Shown here piece after piece: positions 9,512-20,201 of a stretch of 36,671 nt of DNA. Position numbers and translations under genes: made by a program. A model generated the notes under the pieces. That model had not been told where the DNA came from, did not search any database, and saw only the letters and a list, made by a program, of their open reading frames with translations. Source of the stretch: a virus (Duplodnaviria; Caudoviricetes); the IMG/VR virus record IMGVR_UViG_3300025018_000309, positions 1 through 36,671 of that record; one strand, written 5' to 3'. Each line of letters opens with the position of its first letter. Positions within the stretch are counted from its first letter, which is position 1.

Positions 9512-9810
9512 AGCAAGCGACAATGGTGTATAGGCATCCAGGACCTCATAAGATACACGGCAACTTATTCGACTATAAAATTGTAGAGGGTGAGTTGCGA
9601 GAGGGCGAGGACGCAAGCGATCTGGACAAAGCTCTTGCTGATGGCTGGTATCTTACCACTCCTGAAGCACTAGAAAGCGTTCTAGATGATCCTGAAAACC
9701 CGACGCGCGAAGAACTCGAGGCTAAAGCAACTGAACTCGGTCTAAAGTTCACTTCCCGTACTTCAGATAAAAAGCTAGCTTCTGAAATCGAAGCCGCATT
9801 GGAGAGTTAG
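9508..9810 (+). CDS. Hypothetical head-module protein
   Basis: SD AAGGA; C-terminal TREELEAKATELGLKF helix-extension-helix-like motif. Confidence 0.7.
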   Translation: MKQATMVYRHPGPHKIHGNLFDYKIVEGELREGEDASDLDKALADGWYLTTPEALESVLDDPENPTREELEAKATELGLKFTSRTSDKKLASEIEAALES

Positions 9811-9812
9811 CC

Positions 9813-10295
9813 ATGAGTTGGACCAAACGTCAATTTGTCACACAGGCATTCGAAGAGATAGGGTACGCCTCATATTCCTATGACCTCGAACCGGAGCAAC
9901 TACAAGCTGGACTTCGGCGTTTGGATTCTATGATGGCAACTTGGAATGGTAGAGGTATAGCTCTAGGGTATCCTCTACCTTCGACCCCTGAAGATAGCAA
10001 TCTTGATACCGAGACAGAAGTACCGGATTTTGCTAACGAAGCTATCTATACTAACTTAGCGGTACGTATAGCTCCTATCATAGGTAAGATAGTTTCGATA
10101 GAGACTAAAGTTGCAGCTAAGATGTCGTACAATGAAGTGCTAAGAAGTACATCGGTTACGCACGAGATGAAGTTTCCCACATCCCTACCAGCAGGAGCAG
10201 GTAATAAGCCTTGGCGCAATGATAGCCCATTTATACAACCAGAGGACGATAGCATCGTTACTCCGCCTGACAACGAGGTCAATTTCAATGGCTAA
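9813..10295 (+). CDS. Head-tail adaptor, P22 gp4-like
   Basis: LRRLDSMMATW, LGYP, NLAVRIAP, LPAGAGNK motifs. Confidence 0.85.
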   Translation: MSWTKRQFVTQAFEEIGYASYSYDLEPEQLQAGLRRLDSMMATWNGRGIALGYPLPSTPEDSNLDTETEVPDFANEAIYTNLAVRIAPIIGKIVSIETKVAAKMSYNEVLRSTSVTHEMKFPTSLPAGAGNKPWRNDSPFIQPEDDSIVTPPDNEVNFNG

Positions 10296-10761
10296 GAATT
10301 TAACTAGAACCGACGCAGTTGCAAGCGGAGATTTGTTTGTCCTATTCAAAACATCTGCAGGGGACTACCGCGGTGCTCCAGCAGATGTTGTTCTAACGTA
10401 TTTGCAGGATAACCTAGTTTTCCCGTCTCCTGGGTTCACTGATTATGTTACTCAGTATGCTTCGCCGTCTGCAACTGGGTTCAGTGTCACTATAACTGAT
10501 GGCTCAGATAACGACGAGAATGTCCACCTGATATTGACGCCGACTGCTGGATACGCTGCAGGCACTATTGTACTACCAGCAGTTGCAAGTGTCGTTGACA
10601 AGCAAGAGGTTCTTATCAATTGTACGCAACAGGTAACGGCGCTGACTGTCGACGGTAACGGCGCAGTTGCTGTGACTGGAGCTCCAACATCATTGGGTGC
10701 CGATGACTTCTTCCGCCTGAAGTACGATGTCTTAACGTCAACTTGGTATCGAGTAGGTTAG
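10288..10761 (+). CDS. Virion structural protein (beta-rich)
   Basis: SD GAGG before ATG 10288; ends TWYRVG; sits between gp4- and gp10-like genes. Confidence 0.65.
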   Translation: MAKNLTRTDAVASGDLFVLFKTSAGDYRGAPADVVLTYLQDNLVFPSPGFTDYVTQYASPSATGFSVTITDGSDNDENVHLILTPTAGYAAGTIVLPAVASVVDKQEVLINCTQQVTALTVDGNGAVAVTGAPTSLGADDFFRLKYDVLTSTWYRVG

Positions 10762-10763
10762 TC

Positions 10764-12161
10764 ATGCAGATCCCTATCTTAAACGGTATCTACACTGATG
10801 AGAGTTCTGACTTCAGGACCTCTTATCCTAGGAACTTGATACCAGTCCCTAAACAGCAAGGCATCAGTAATGGCTACTTAAGGCCCGCCGATGGTATTAC
10901 TGACCTCGGTACTGGTGAAGGGCTAGACCGTGGTGGTATCAATTGGAATGGAGTTTGCTACAGAGCATCTGGGGGTCAACTCATACGAGTTAATAGCGAC
11001 GGAAGTATTGCCATAATCGGAGCCATTGCTGGTTCATCACAAGTGTCGTTCGACTACTCATTCGATTACCTCAGTATTGGGGCAGGAGGTAATCTGTACC
11101 TCTATAATGGCACAACTCTCCAACAGGTAACTGATGTTGATCTAGGTAACGTGATTGACCATATCTGGGTAGACGGGTACTTCATGACTACTGACGGCGA
11201 GTTTCTTATCGTTACGGAGCTTAATGACCCGTTTGCAGTAAGCCCTCTGAAGTACGGATCCTCTGAGGTAGATCCAGATCCTATTAAGGCTGTACTGAAG
11301 GTTCGTAGTGAGCCTTACGCCTTAAACCGGTACACTATTGAAGTCTTCGGCAATGTCGGAGGCTCTGGCTTCCCTTTCCAAAGAGTAGACGGAGCCCAGA
11401 TACAACGTGGTGTTGTTGGAACCCACGCATGCGCCAACTTTCTCGAGTCTATTGCCTTTGTCGGTGGCGGACGAAATGAGCCTATTGCTATATGGTTTGT
11501 TACGAATGGCGCTAGCACTAAGATCTCTACTAGAGAGATTGACCAGATTTTACAGTCTCATAGTGACGAAGTACTATCGGCAGTTATCGTAGAATCTCGC
11601 GTCGACAAAAGCCACCAATTTCTTTACGCACATTTACCAGACCAGACCCTAGTGTATGATGCTTCCGCGTCTCAACTACTCGGTGAATCTGTATGGTTTA
11701 CGTTGTCATCCGGGTTGGGCGTTCAGCAGTACCGAGCTAGAAATTTCGTCTGGTGCTATAGCAAGTGGGTTGTCGGCGATCCTCAAACAAGTAAGATCGG
11801 GGTTCTATCTAACGACGTAGCTACACACTGGGGTGAGATTACCGAATGGGAGTTCGGCACAATTATCATCTACGGTGAAGGCCGAGGCATGATCTTCCAC
11901 GAATTAGAACTAGTTTGTTTGAGCGGTAGAGTTGACCTGGGTAAGAATCCTACAATACTGACTCAGTACTCCTTAGACGGCGAGACCTGGAGCATGCAGA
12001 AGTACATCAGTGCAGGTAAGCAAGGCCAACGCAATAAGCGGTTAGTATGGCTTAACCAAGGCAGCATGCGCCATTGGAGGATTCAAAGATTCATCGGAAC
12101 TAGCGACTCAAGACTGTCTATCGCTAGATTAGAAGCCCGCATCGAACCATTGGCAGTATGA
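10764..12161 (+). CDS. Tail hub / packaged DNA stabilization protein, P22 gp10-like
   Basis: MQIPILNGIY, WVDGYF, SSEVDPDPI motifs; size and synteny. Confidence 0.85.
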   Translation: MQIPILNGIYTDESSDFRTSYPRNLIPVPKQQGISNGYLRPADGITDLGTGEGLDRGGINWNGVCYRASGGQLIRVNSDGSIAIIGAIAGSSQVSFDYSFDYLSIGAGGNLYLYNGTTLQQVTDVDLGNVIDHIWVDGYFMTTDGEFLIVTELNDPFAVSPLKYGSSEVDPDPIKAVLKVRSEPYALNRYTIEVFGNVGGSGFPFQRVDGAQIQRGVVGTHACANFLESIAFVGGGRNEPIAIWFVTNGASTKISTREIDQILQSHSDEVLSAVIVESRVDKSHQFLYAHLPDQTLVYDASASQLLGESVWFTLSSGLGVQQYRARNFVWCYSKWVVGDPQTSKIGVLSNDVATHWGEITEWEFGTIIIYGEGRGMIFHELELVCLSGRVDLGKNPTILTQYSLDGETWSMQKYISAGKQGQRNKRLVWLNQGSMRHWRIQRFIGTSDSRLSIARLEARIEPLAV

Positions 12162-12164
12162 CGT

Positions 12165-13379
12165 ATGACTACTAATGATCCAAGGCCATTAACCAGACGA
12201 GAGCTGTCAGAGTTTCTACCAAGCCAGAGAGCTGTCAGAGCTTTTGAGAAATTATTCGACCTGATACCTCCTGAGCTAAATAGTTTAGAGTCAGAAATTA
12301 TCGAGGTATTAATAAGCTCTGAGTCGACTGCTGCCAAGGTTAATTCTATTGAATTCATCTTAGACAGATTAAAGCACTTAACTGATCTTAATGCCTTAAA
12401 GCCAAGCGCGGCAGACAGAAATCTTGAGTTAGACACGGTACTCATGGGCTCTCATCCCCGGCGCGCCTCTGTTCCCAGGCTGATGAATTGGAATTATGAA
12501 GACGACACCCTTAATATACACCACACTGGCGGAGTTATCCAGCAAGTAGGAGAGGAGGTATATGCCAGAGCTACTAACAGTACAGGTGTTACTATCCCAA
12601 ACGGTTCTGTTGTCGGACTCTCAGGCGTTGGATTAGAGATAGAACTGTACATCGCAGATGGTAGCTCCCCTTCTATTTACATGATAGGCGTAGCTACGGA
12701 AGATATTCTTGACACTGGTAGAGGAAGGATGACGACGTACGGCAGAGTCAAGGGCATCGATACATCCTCGTTCTCAGTTGGTGATGTCCTGTACGCTAGC
12801 CCTACTACAGCAGGCTCATTAACGAATGTGAAGCCTTCTGCTCCAGACTTGTCGATCCCGTTAGCCGTTGTTGTGGTGTCAGACGCTACCGATGGCATTA
12901 TATTCGTGAAGCCTGTCATAGAACAGCAGATGTTCTACGGGTCGTTCTCGAGACTATCTGACTCTACGATCGCGGTCGCCAATACTGCGCAAACTATAGT
13001 TTTTGATACTTCAGACACAGCAAACGGAGTTTCGCTAGGCACGCCAGCGTCGAGAATCGTGATAAATAACTCTGGTTTGTATACAATCACGTCTCAGTAT
13101 CAGGTAACTTCTACAAGCACGAGTGTGAAAGAAGTCTGGTATTGGTTCCGAGTGAACGGTGTGGACGTGCCTAATTCTGCTATGCGTGATTCTGTACGTA
13201 GTGGATTAGTTACCATATTGCCAACCAGAAGTCTGACGCATTCCTTCAGCGCTGGAGACTACGTTGAACTTATGTGGGCATCAGACGATACCACGGTAAG
13301 ATTAGACTATCAAGCAGCTACAGCCTTTGCCCCTGCGTGCCCTGCGTGCACAGTGACGATTAACCAAACACAACATTAA
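12165..13379 (+). CDS. Tail needle/fibre-like protein with C-terminal beta-sandwich (C1q/BclA-like) domain
   Basis: Occupies the P22 gp26 position; N-terminal helix; C-terminal IVINNSGLYTI...AGDYVELMW. Confidence 0.6.
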   Translation: MTTNDPRPLTRRELSEFLPSQRAVRAFEKLFDLIPPELNSLESEIIEVLISSESTAAKVNSIEFILDRLKHLTDLNALKPSAADRNLELDTVLMGSHPRRASVPRLMNWNYEDDTLNIHHTGGVIQQVGEEVYARATNSTGVTIPNGSVVGLSGVGLEIELYIADGSSPSIYMIGVATEDILDTGRGRMTTYGRVKGIDTSSFSVGDVLYASPTTAGSLTNVKPSAPDLSIPLAVVVVSDATDGIIFVKPVIEQQMFYGSFSRLSDSTIAVANTAQTIVFDTSDTANGVSLGTPASRIVINNSGLYTITSQYQVTSTSTSVKEVWYWFRVNGVDVPNSAMRDSVRSGLVTILPTRSLTHSFSAGDYVELMWASDDTTVRLDYQAATAFAPACPACTVTINQTQH

Positions 13380-13387
13380 GGTGCCAC

Positions 13388-13723
13388 ATGACCGTAACAG
13401 TTCAAAACATCATACCAGCTCGGTTCATACCAGCATCACAAACTAACGAGTACACGTCATCTGATGTGAAGACCATCATAGATAAGTGCGTAGTAACTAA
13501 CATCAGTGCGTCAACCGCAACATTTAGTATTAACCTGGTCACGTCTGGGGACCCCGCTGGCGACTCCAATACCTTTGTTAAGACTAAATCCTTGGCTCCT
13601 GGTGAGACATACTCATGCCCAGAAGTGATCGGGCATGTTTTAGAATCAGGAGATTTTATCTCCATTGTAGCCTCAGCCATCAACAGTATAGTAATATCGG
13701 CGACGGGCCGTTTAATATCTTAG
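13388..13723 (+). CDS. Small virion protein, hypothetical
   Basis: SD AAGG; LAPGETYSCPEVIGHVLESGDFIS motif. Confidence 0.65.
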   Translation: MTVTVQNIIPARFIPASQTNEYTSSDVKTIIDKCVVTNISASTATFSINLVTSGDPAGDSNTFVKTKSLAPGETYSCPEVIGHVLESGDFISIVASAINSIVISATGRLIS

Positions 13724-13813
13724 AAAAATGTGTTATTTTAAGCTATAATTGCTCTATAAGCTGAGTATCCAAGACCCCCCAGCAGTCTAGTGAATCTTAC
13801 AAGAAGGTTTGGT

Positions 13814-14653
13814 ATGACTCAACTGCCATCTGAATTTACAGATACTTTAGAAGCCCACATGCTTCCGCTCCCACAGGCGGAATGCCCAGTCGTTCACCAT
13901 TTTGGCCCAGGAATTTACATACGCGAAGTTCACCTTCCAGCTGGAGTGTTGGCCTTAGGGCACAGTCAAAAGTACGAACACTTAAATATTATGCTCAAAG
14001 GATCTGTGGTGATGATCAAAGGTGGCAAAACTGAGGTCCTTTCAGCTCCTGCTATTTTTGTCGGTTCCCCTGGACGTAAATTTGGTTACGTCCTTGAAGA
14101 TACCGTGTGGCAGAATGTATACGCAACTACTGAAACCGACATCGACATCTTAGAGGCCACGTACCTCGATAAAAGCCAAGGCTTCCAAGACTATGAAGCA
14201 ACTAACTTAGTTCTGCTTGAATCTCAATCGCAAGTTGACCGCGAGGACTTCGCCCAGTTACTTTTAGACCTCGACTTGACAGACGACAACGTGAGAGCGC
14301 AGTCAGAAGAAACGTCTGACCGTATAGATCTGCCCTCAACATTATTCCCCAAAGTCTCGGTAAGATCGTCAACAATACAAGGCCGCGGGGTTTTTGCCAA
14401 CTATCCTATAGAAAAAGATGAGGTCATAGGTCCTGCACGCGTAAATGGATTGAGGACTATTCTAGGCTGCTATACAAACCATTCAAAAACACCTAACGCA
14501 AAATTCGTAGTAGACGATGGCAATATTTACTTATGCGCCGTAGATGATATCCCTGGATGCATAGCAGGATTACCTGGTACAGAAATTACCGTCGACTACA
14601 GACAGGCGTTGAAGATAAATAAAGAACTAGGGGAACTAAAATGTCAGGAATAG
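13814..14653 (+). CDS. Cupin-like domain plus SET-domain (lysine methyltransferase-like) fusion
   Basis: HHFGPGIYIRE...GH...HLNIMLKG; SET motifs STIQGRGVFA, YTNHSKTPNA, GTEITVDY. Confidence 0.8.
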   Translation: MTQLPSEFTDTLEAHMLPLPQAECPVVHHFGPGIYIREVHLPAGVLALGHSQKYEHLNIMLKGSVVMIKGGKTEVLSAPAIFVGSPGRKFGYVLEDTVWQNVYATTETDIDILEATYLDKSQGFQDYEATNLVLLESQSQVDREDFAQLLLDLDLTDDNVRAQSEETSDRIDLPSTLFPKVSVRSSTIQGRGVFANYPIEKDEVIGPARVNGLRTILGCYTNHSKTPNAKFVVDDGNIYLCAVDDIPGCIAGLPGTEITVDYRQALKINKELGELKCQE

Positions 14654-15261
14654 CAACGGCGGTTGTAGGCAGTGCGGTTGTAGGTGGTTATGTAGCGAGC
14701 CGGTCTGCCGGTAAAGCTGCAGATGCTCAAGTCCAGTCTAGTAGAGAGGGTATAGAGGAACAGAGGCGCCAATTCGATGCCATCCAAGAGTTACTACGCC
14801 CGTACGTAGAGTCTGGTGAAACTGCTTTGCAGGGTCAAGAAAACTTAATAGGCCTTGGTGGTCAAGAAGCTCAGCAGCAAGCAATATCTGGGTTGGAGCA
14901 ATCGCCTCAATTCCAAACGCTCATACAGCAGGGTGAAGAAGCTTTATTACAAAACGCTTCAGCAACAGGCGGAGTAAGAGGAGGTAATCTACAAGGAGCG
15001 TTGGCTCAATTCAGGCCTCAGATCCTCAGCCAGCTTATCGAGTCTCAATTCGGCAAATTAGGCCAACTGACACAAACCGGTCAAGCCTCCGCCGCAGGTG
15101 CTGCAGCTGCAGCTCAGAATACTGGTAACCAGATTACTGGACTACTTGGACAGCAAGGCCAAGCCAGAGCAGGGGAGCAGTTAGCTAGAGGTCAAGCAAT
15201 TAGCGGCGTCACCAACTCGATTGCAGATGTCGCAACACTTAAACTGTTAGGAGCATTCTAA
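14641..15261 (+). CDS. DNA ejection protein, P22 gp7-like
   Basis: Hydrophobic Gly/Ala N-terminus, Gln-rich, NASATGGVRGGN motif. Confidence 0.8.
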   Translation: MSGIATAVVGSAVVGGYVASRSAGKAADAQVQSSREGIEEQRRQFDAIQELLRPYVESGETALQGQENLIGLGGQEAQQQAISGLEQSPQFQTLIQQGEEALLQNASATGGVRGGNLQGALAQFRPQILSQLIESQFGKLGQLTQTGQASAAGAAAAAQNTGNQITGLLGQQGQARAGEQLARGQAISGVTNSIADVATLKLLGAF

Positions 15262-16529
15262 TGCCTCAACCATTTGACTACAGCTTGAATCTACCGGATC
15301 CCACTGAGAGGCTATTTGGAGCTGTTAAACTTACAAGCGGCCTAGACCAGATTAAGTCTCAACGGACTGACCGGGAATCACAACTGGCATCTCAGCAAAA
15401 GCTCCAGCAAGACTTGGCTCAATTAAGCGAGAACCCTAGTCCTGCAGCTCTCGCCCAGTTAATGACCCGGTATCCTCAAATGAGCGAGCAATTCAAACGT
15501 ACTTACGACGTTCTTGATTCAGAGCAGCAGAAAGCCAGGGTCAACCAAGCATCTCAGGTTTACGCAGCTCTTGAATCTGGACAACCAGATATTGCGCAGA
15601 ACATCTTAGAGGAGCAAGCTCTGGCATACCGCAACTCTGGTATGGATAAAGAAGCTAAGACCCTTGAAGATCTTTCCAAGATGGTTGAGTTAAGTCCAGA
15701 AACTGCTGCGACTTCTACAGGACTATTTTTAGCTTCCGCTATGGGCGCTGAAGATTTTACTGAGACGTTTACTAAGCTTCAGTCAGAAAGACGCCAAGCT
15801 GCATTAGCACCAGAAGAATTGACGGAAGCTCAGGCAAAAGCCAGGCAAGCTGCGGTAAAAGCTAACTTCGCTGAATCGAAAGAAGCGTTGGATCTTCAGA
15901 AGCAGGGCTGGGATATCTTTAAGATTCAGGAAGATGTCAAAATAGCTAAGGAGAACAGCCGTATTGCGGCTATCAAGGCTCAATTAGAGCGCGAAAAGAA
16001 CGAGCTCAAGAAGCAGGAACTCTCGCAGAAGCTTGAGGAAGCGGAGCGCAAGCGGGCAGAGGAACTACGTGGAAAAGTTGCCGATGTCAGGTCCGCGAGC
16101 TCTAATATCGACAACATGTTGAACACGGCGGACCGCATCATCAGCACTCCTGCTGGAGTTATAGATGACGCGACTGGCCCTATTGAGTCCAGGCTTCCTA
16201 CTATTGACCAGGACGTATCAGACTTCGAATCTCTCATAGAAAACTTAGACGCTCAGGCGTTCTTGTCTCAGATCCCGAACTTGAAAGGCCTTGGTGCATT
16301 ATCAGACGCTGAGGGTAAGAAGGTAACGGCCGCGCTGCAGAACTTCAACCTAAAACAAAGTCCTCAACAGCTTATATCGAACGTGAAAGAGGCCCAACGA
16401 CTGCTATTAAAAGCTCGGGAGAACATCTCGCGTCGCTACGGTGTCCCGCAGTCTATACCTGACACCCCAAACGTTGGTGCATCTCCTGACGACATTGAAG
16501 CGCTCCTATTAAAGTATGGCGGTGAGTAA
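15261..16529 (+). CDS. DNA ejection protein, P22 gp20-like position
   Basis: Helical coiled coil, KGLGALSDAEG motif, synteny. Confidence 0.72.
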   Translation: MPQPFDYSLNLPDPTERLFGAVKLTSGLDQIKSQRTDRESQLASQQKLQQDLAQLSENPSPAALAQLMTRYPQMSEQFKRTYDVLDSEQQKARVNQASQVYAALESGQPDIAQNILEEQALAYRNSGMDKEAKTLEDLSKMVELSPETAATSTGLFLASAMGAEDFTETFTKLQSERRQAALAPEELTEAQAKARQAAVKANFAESKEALDLQKQGWDIFKIQEDVKIAKENSRIAAIKAQLEREKNELKKQELSQKLEEAERKRAEELRGKVADVRSASSNIDNMLNTADRIISTPAGVIDDATGPIESRLPTIDQDVSDFESLIENLDAQAFLSQIPNLKGLGALSDAEGKKVTAALQNFNLKQSPQQLISNVKEAQRLLLKARENISRRYGVPQSIPDTPNVGASPDDIEALLLKYGGE

Positions 16530-18439
16530 TGGCTACTTTACAGCAACTCGAACGAGCTTTAGTTAACGCCGATAAAGCTGGTGATATGGAAGCCGCTAGA
16601 CGCTTGGCGAAAGTCGTTAATCAGGAGCGTGCGAGACGGCAGGAAAGCCCTGCTATCGATATTTTTGACGACGCTACAGGTGCCCAATCAGATGTTGCCG
16701 GCACTGTCGCCCCAGAATCTGAGCGCACGCTTGGTGAGCAAGCAGTAGGTGCTTTGGAAACTGGTGCTACCCTAGGCACCGGGTTGGTAAGCGGAACTGC
16801 TGGCATGATTGTCGGCACTGTTGAAGGTATTGTTAAGGAGATTATATCTGGAGAATTCGGTAGCTACGACGCGGCCAACAGAATCGAGCAGCTGGCAATG
16901 GAACGTGCCAATGCGTTAACCTACGCCCCTAGAACAGAAGCAGGTCAAGAATACGTTCAGGAGACTGGCGAAGCCCTTGCCCCTCTTGCCGCTATACCAC
17001 CTCTCGCTGAAGCCCAAGCAGTTGCAAGTATGGCATCACGTGTCCCAGCAAGAGCTATAGCGCAAGAGCGGGTAATCAAGCCAGTAAGTGACCAAGCTCG
17101 GAATCTTGCCCAAGAAATCTCAAAGCAAGTTACCGAACGCTTACCAGAAAGGTTTAAAACTCTTGGAACGGGCCAGTCAGCTGGAGCTGCTGCAGTAGAC
17201 CAAGGTGCTGTGCGACAAGGGCTAGCCAGTGAGCTGCCTGTTCCGATTAAATTAACGGAAGGGCAGAAGTCAAGGACATTCGAACAACAAAGATTTGAGC
17301 GCGAAACTGCTAAGCTTCCAGAACAAGGGCAGAAGTTAAGGGAGCGGTTTGCAGAACAGAATTTAAAATTGCAGCAGAATCTTGACGCGTTTATCGACAA
17401 GACAGGCGCGGAGTTGACAGATCTTAGAGGCGTAGGCGAAACCGTGGATAAGGCGTTACGCAGCCGAGCAGCACGTGATAAAACTAAGATTCGTACATTG
17501 TACAAAGAAGCTGAGAAAGCTGGGGAGATGGAAGCGCCAGTTACCCTAAATACTTTAGCTAAGCACTTAGAGGAATCTGGCCCTGAGGCTGAAGTTGCTA
17601 ATGTACTCAAAGCAGTTAAGGCAAAAGCTTTACAGCTGGGTGCTGTTGAAGAAGGACCCAATGGAGAAATGCTACCTAATCCTATCTCTCTTAAAGACGC
17701 TGAATTATTACGCCGGTCAATTAACAATGCGACTAATGCAGAGCCTACTAATATCCGGCAAGCATCTATAATGAAATCATTGATCGATGAAGAGACCACT
17801 GGAGCTGGAGGAGAGGCGTACCGAAAAGCTAGAGCTGCAAGAGCTAAGTATGCCCAGGATTATGAGAACGTGAGTTTAGTTAAGCAGATTCTTAATACTA
17901 AGCGCGGAACTGATGACAGAGCTATCGCCATGGAGGACGTATTACGAAAATCTATTCTCCAGCCGTCTACATCTCTAGATACTGTCCGCCAGCTTAGAAG
18001 ACTCTTGCAGACTGAAGGGGAGACCGGTAAGCAGGCTTGGAAGGAGTTACAAGGTGGCACGTTGCGCCATATACGAGACGAAGCTTTAAAGTCTGCTCAA
18101 ACTGACCAAGCTGGCAACCGTGTTGTCTCACCAGCACAGCTCGACAGAGTTATATCTCAGCTTGATAAGACTGGAAAGCTTAATTTTATATTTGGAAAGA
18201 AGGGCGCAGAGTCGTTAAGAACTATTAACGAAGTCGCTAAAGACATCATGACTTCCCCACCTGGCGCTGTTAATACCAGTAATACCGCAAGCGTCTTAGC
18301 TGGAATGGCTGATATCGCAATAAGCGGAACGGCAGGAGTCCCGGCTCCAGTATTGTCCACCATTAAAATATTCGTCGACTCAATCAAAGATCGTAAACTT
18401 AAAGTTAAAGTCAAAAAAGCCCTAGGCGAGGAAATCTAA
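16529..18439 (+). CDS. DNA ejection protein, P22 gp16-like position
   Basis: 636-aa Ala/Glu-rich helical protein; LTEGQ and VNTSNTA motifs; synteny. Confidence 0.72.
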   Translation: MATLQQLERALVNADKAGDMEAARRLAKVVNQERARRQESPAIDIFDDATGAQSDVAGTVAPESERTLGEQAVGALETGATLGTGLVSGTAGMIVGTVEGIVKEIISGEFGSYDAANRIEQLAMERANALTYAPRTEAGQEYVQETGEALAPLAAIPPLAEAQAVASMASRVPARAIAQERVIKPVSDQARNLAQEISKQVTERLPERFKTLGTGQSAGAAAVDQGAVRQGLASELPVPIKLTEGQKSRTFEQQRFERETAKLPEQGQKLRERFAEQNLKLQQNLDAFIDKTGAELTDLRGVGETVDKALRSRAARDKTKIRTLYKEAEKAGEMEAPVTLNTLAKHLEESGPEAEVANVLKAVKAKALQLGAVEEGPNGEMLPNPISLKDAELLRRSINNATNAEPTNIRQASIMKSLIDEETTGAGGEAYRKARAARAKYAQDYENVSLVKQILNTKRGTDDRAIAMEDVLRKSILQPSTSLDTVRQLRRLLQTEGETGKQAWKELQGGTLRHIRDEALKSAQTDQAGNRVVSPAQLDRVISQLDKTGKLNFIFGKKGAESLRTINEVAKDIMTSPPGAVNTSNTASVLAGMADIAISGTAGVPAPVLSTIKIFVDSIKDRKLKVKVKKALGEEI

Positions 18440-18440
18440 C

Positions 18441-20153
18441 ATGTCATCTAAAGTCGTTCCGTTCTTTCCGATCTTCCACGATATTGATGGTGATCCTCTA
18501 AGCGCTGGTAATATCTATATCGGCACCTCTGGTTTAAACCCAGAGACTAATCCTATATCAGTGTACTGGGACGCAGCTTTAACGACCCCAGCAGCTCAGC
18601 CAATACGAACTATTGGCGGTTATCCTAGCCGATCAGGAAGCCCAGCGGCGCTGTATGTTGGCGCAACCAGTTACTCAGTTACTGTCCGCAATAAGAACGG
18701 CTCTCTCATTACGACTACGTTGTCTGATTCCTCAACTGTTCGAGCTGATGAACTAGCCGCCACAGATAGCACGGTTAGTATTGCGGGGGTTGATGCGTCT
18801 GATGTGGCTACGGTCTCAAAGACCGTAGCGCACTACGGCGCTGATAGCACCGGCGTTACAGGTGCTAATTCTGCTTTTTCAGATGCGGATGCTGCTGGGT
18901 CTGTAATCGTTGGGAAAGGGCTTTATAAAATATCCGCTAATTTAACAATAACATCAGATATGTTTTTCTACCCAGGGTCAAAAATAACCGTAGATAGCGG
19001 AATCACTCTAACAATTAGCGGAGATATACATGCAGGACTATTACAGGAAATATTTACAGGTTCCGGGTCAGTTGTAATAACCAAGAAATTTTATAGTATT
19101 CATTGGTTTGACTCAGTCGCACAATCCATGCGGTCTTTACGAGCGTCTGACAATGTGCTTGTATGTAAAAATATGAGTTGGTCGGGCGCTGAGATTACAG
19201 TTAATGCTAACTTTTTTGGCCTGGGACGAGAGTATTTAGAAATAACAGGATCCCACACACTTACAGGGACTGGCGGCAATTCGACATTTAATAACATTCA
19301 CTTTAAAACTCCCACTGTCGGCACAACTTTAGTGACTGTTTCCGGCGTTGGTGGCATGAACTACAGAGACTGCCAGTTAAATCCGGGCGCGGGTAATTTA
19401 ATGTTTGATTGGGATAGGGATGGGACAACTCCGCAGATATGCGAACTAATGCAGACTAAATTCATTAGCGGCAAGCTGTGCAAAGCAGAAGATTCAGGAT
19501 CAGCAAATACGTACACGTTTCACGTTAAAGAAAGCTCGCTTTTTAGCTCTACCGAAGCAGATCTTTTAAATCCTGTTGGTGGTAATATTTTAGTTCTGGC
19601 TATTTATAATACCTTAGTGAATATTGGGCATGCACAGCTATCGCCAAACGATAAAATACAGCTTAAGCTTTTAGCTGGCTGCACAGTCGATGACAACACA
19701 ACAAGCATGGCATGGTTTGATAACAACAGTATTGGATTTGATGTGCTTGATATATCAGCAAATGCCACGCTGTCTTTTGATTCATCCCAAAGATACCTGG
19801 GGGTGGCTCCTTTTTATGCGGGAACCGGTGTAAATGCGGCAAATACTAACTGGAAAACAGTACCATCATCGAACCTGGAAACATTTAACCCGGATTTATT
19901 CGACGAGGTGTTTTATGAGGGCACAGCGACCGCGCTTACATTTGTTCAATCATGGGTGTTTTCGACCGGCTCTGGTAGATTTAAAGGCCAGAGATTTAAG
20001 TTGCACATTGTTGGTTCGATACCCACCAGTGGAAATAACGTAGTTGTTTTTGGTCGCACATTTAACCCGGCGTCAAACGACATGCAGGGTTTGCGTGTAG
20101 AGGGGGTTTTCGATGGCTCAAGCTGGGTTTGCTCTTATAGCGATTTAATATAA
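18441..20153 (+). CDS. Tailspike / receptor-binding protein
   Basis: P22-type head-binding N-terminus (DIDGDPLSAGNIYIG, NPISVYWD); YGADSTG start of a beta-helix-like region. Confidence 0.85.
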   Translation: MSSKVVPFFPIFHDIDGDPLSAGNIYIGTSGLNPETNPISVYWDAALTTPAAQPIRTIGGYPSRSGSPAALYVGATSYSVTVRNKNGSLITTTLSDSSTVRADELAATDSTVSIAGVDASDVATVSKTVAHYGADSTGVTGANSAFSDADAAGSVIVGKGLYKISANLTITSDMFFYPGSKITVDSGITLTISGDIHAGLLQEIFTGSGSVVITKKFYSIHWFDSVAQSMRSLRASDNVLVCKNMSWSGAEITVNANFFGLGREYLEITGSHTLTGTGGNSTFNNIHFKTPTVGTTLVTVSGVGGMNYRDCQLNPGAGNLMFDWDRDGTTPQICELMQTKFISGKLCKAEDSGSANTYTFHVKESSLFSSTEADLLNPVGGNILVLAIYNTLVNIGHAQLSPNDKIQLKLLAGCTVDDNTTSMAWFDNNSIGFDVLDISANATLSFDSSQRYLGVAPFYAGTGVNAANTNWKTVPSSNLETFNPDLFDEVFYEGTATALTFVQSWVFSTGSGRFKGQRFKLHIVGSIPTSGNNVVVFGRTFNPASNDMQGLRVEGVFDGSSWVCSYSDLI

Positions 20154-20201
20154 TGCACCTACAAAACTTCAAACAGTCCGAGTTCCGCGAGTGGTGGCCG
20201 A

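Noticed and set aside
16957-17799. 280-aa antisense ORF and other opposite-strand ORFs inside large genes
   Set aside because: They fully overlap well-supported genes and show no motifs
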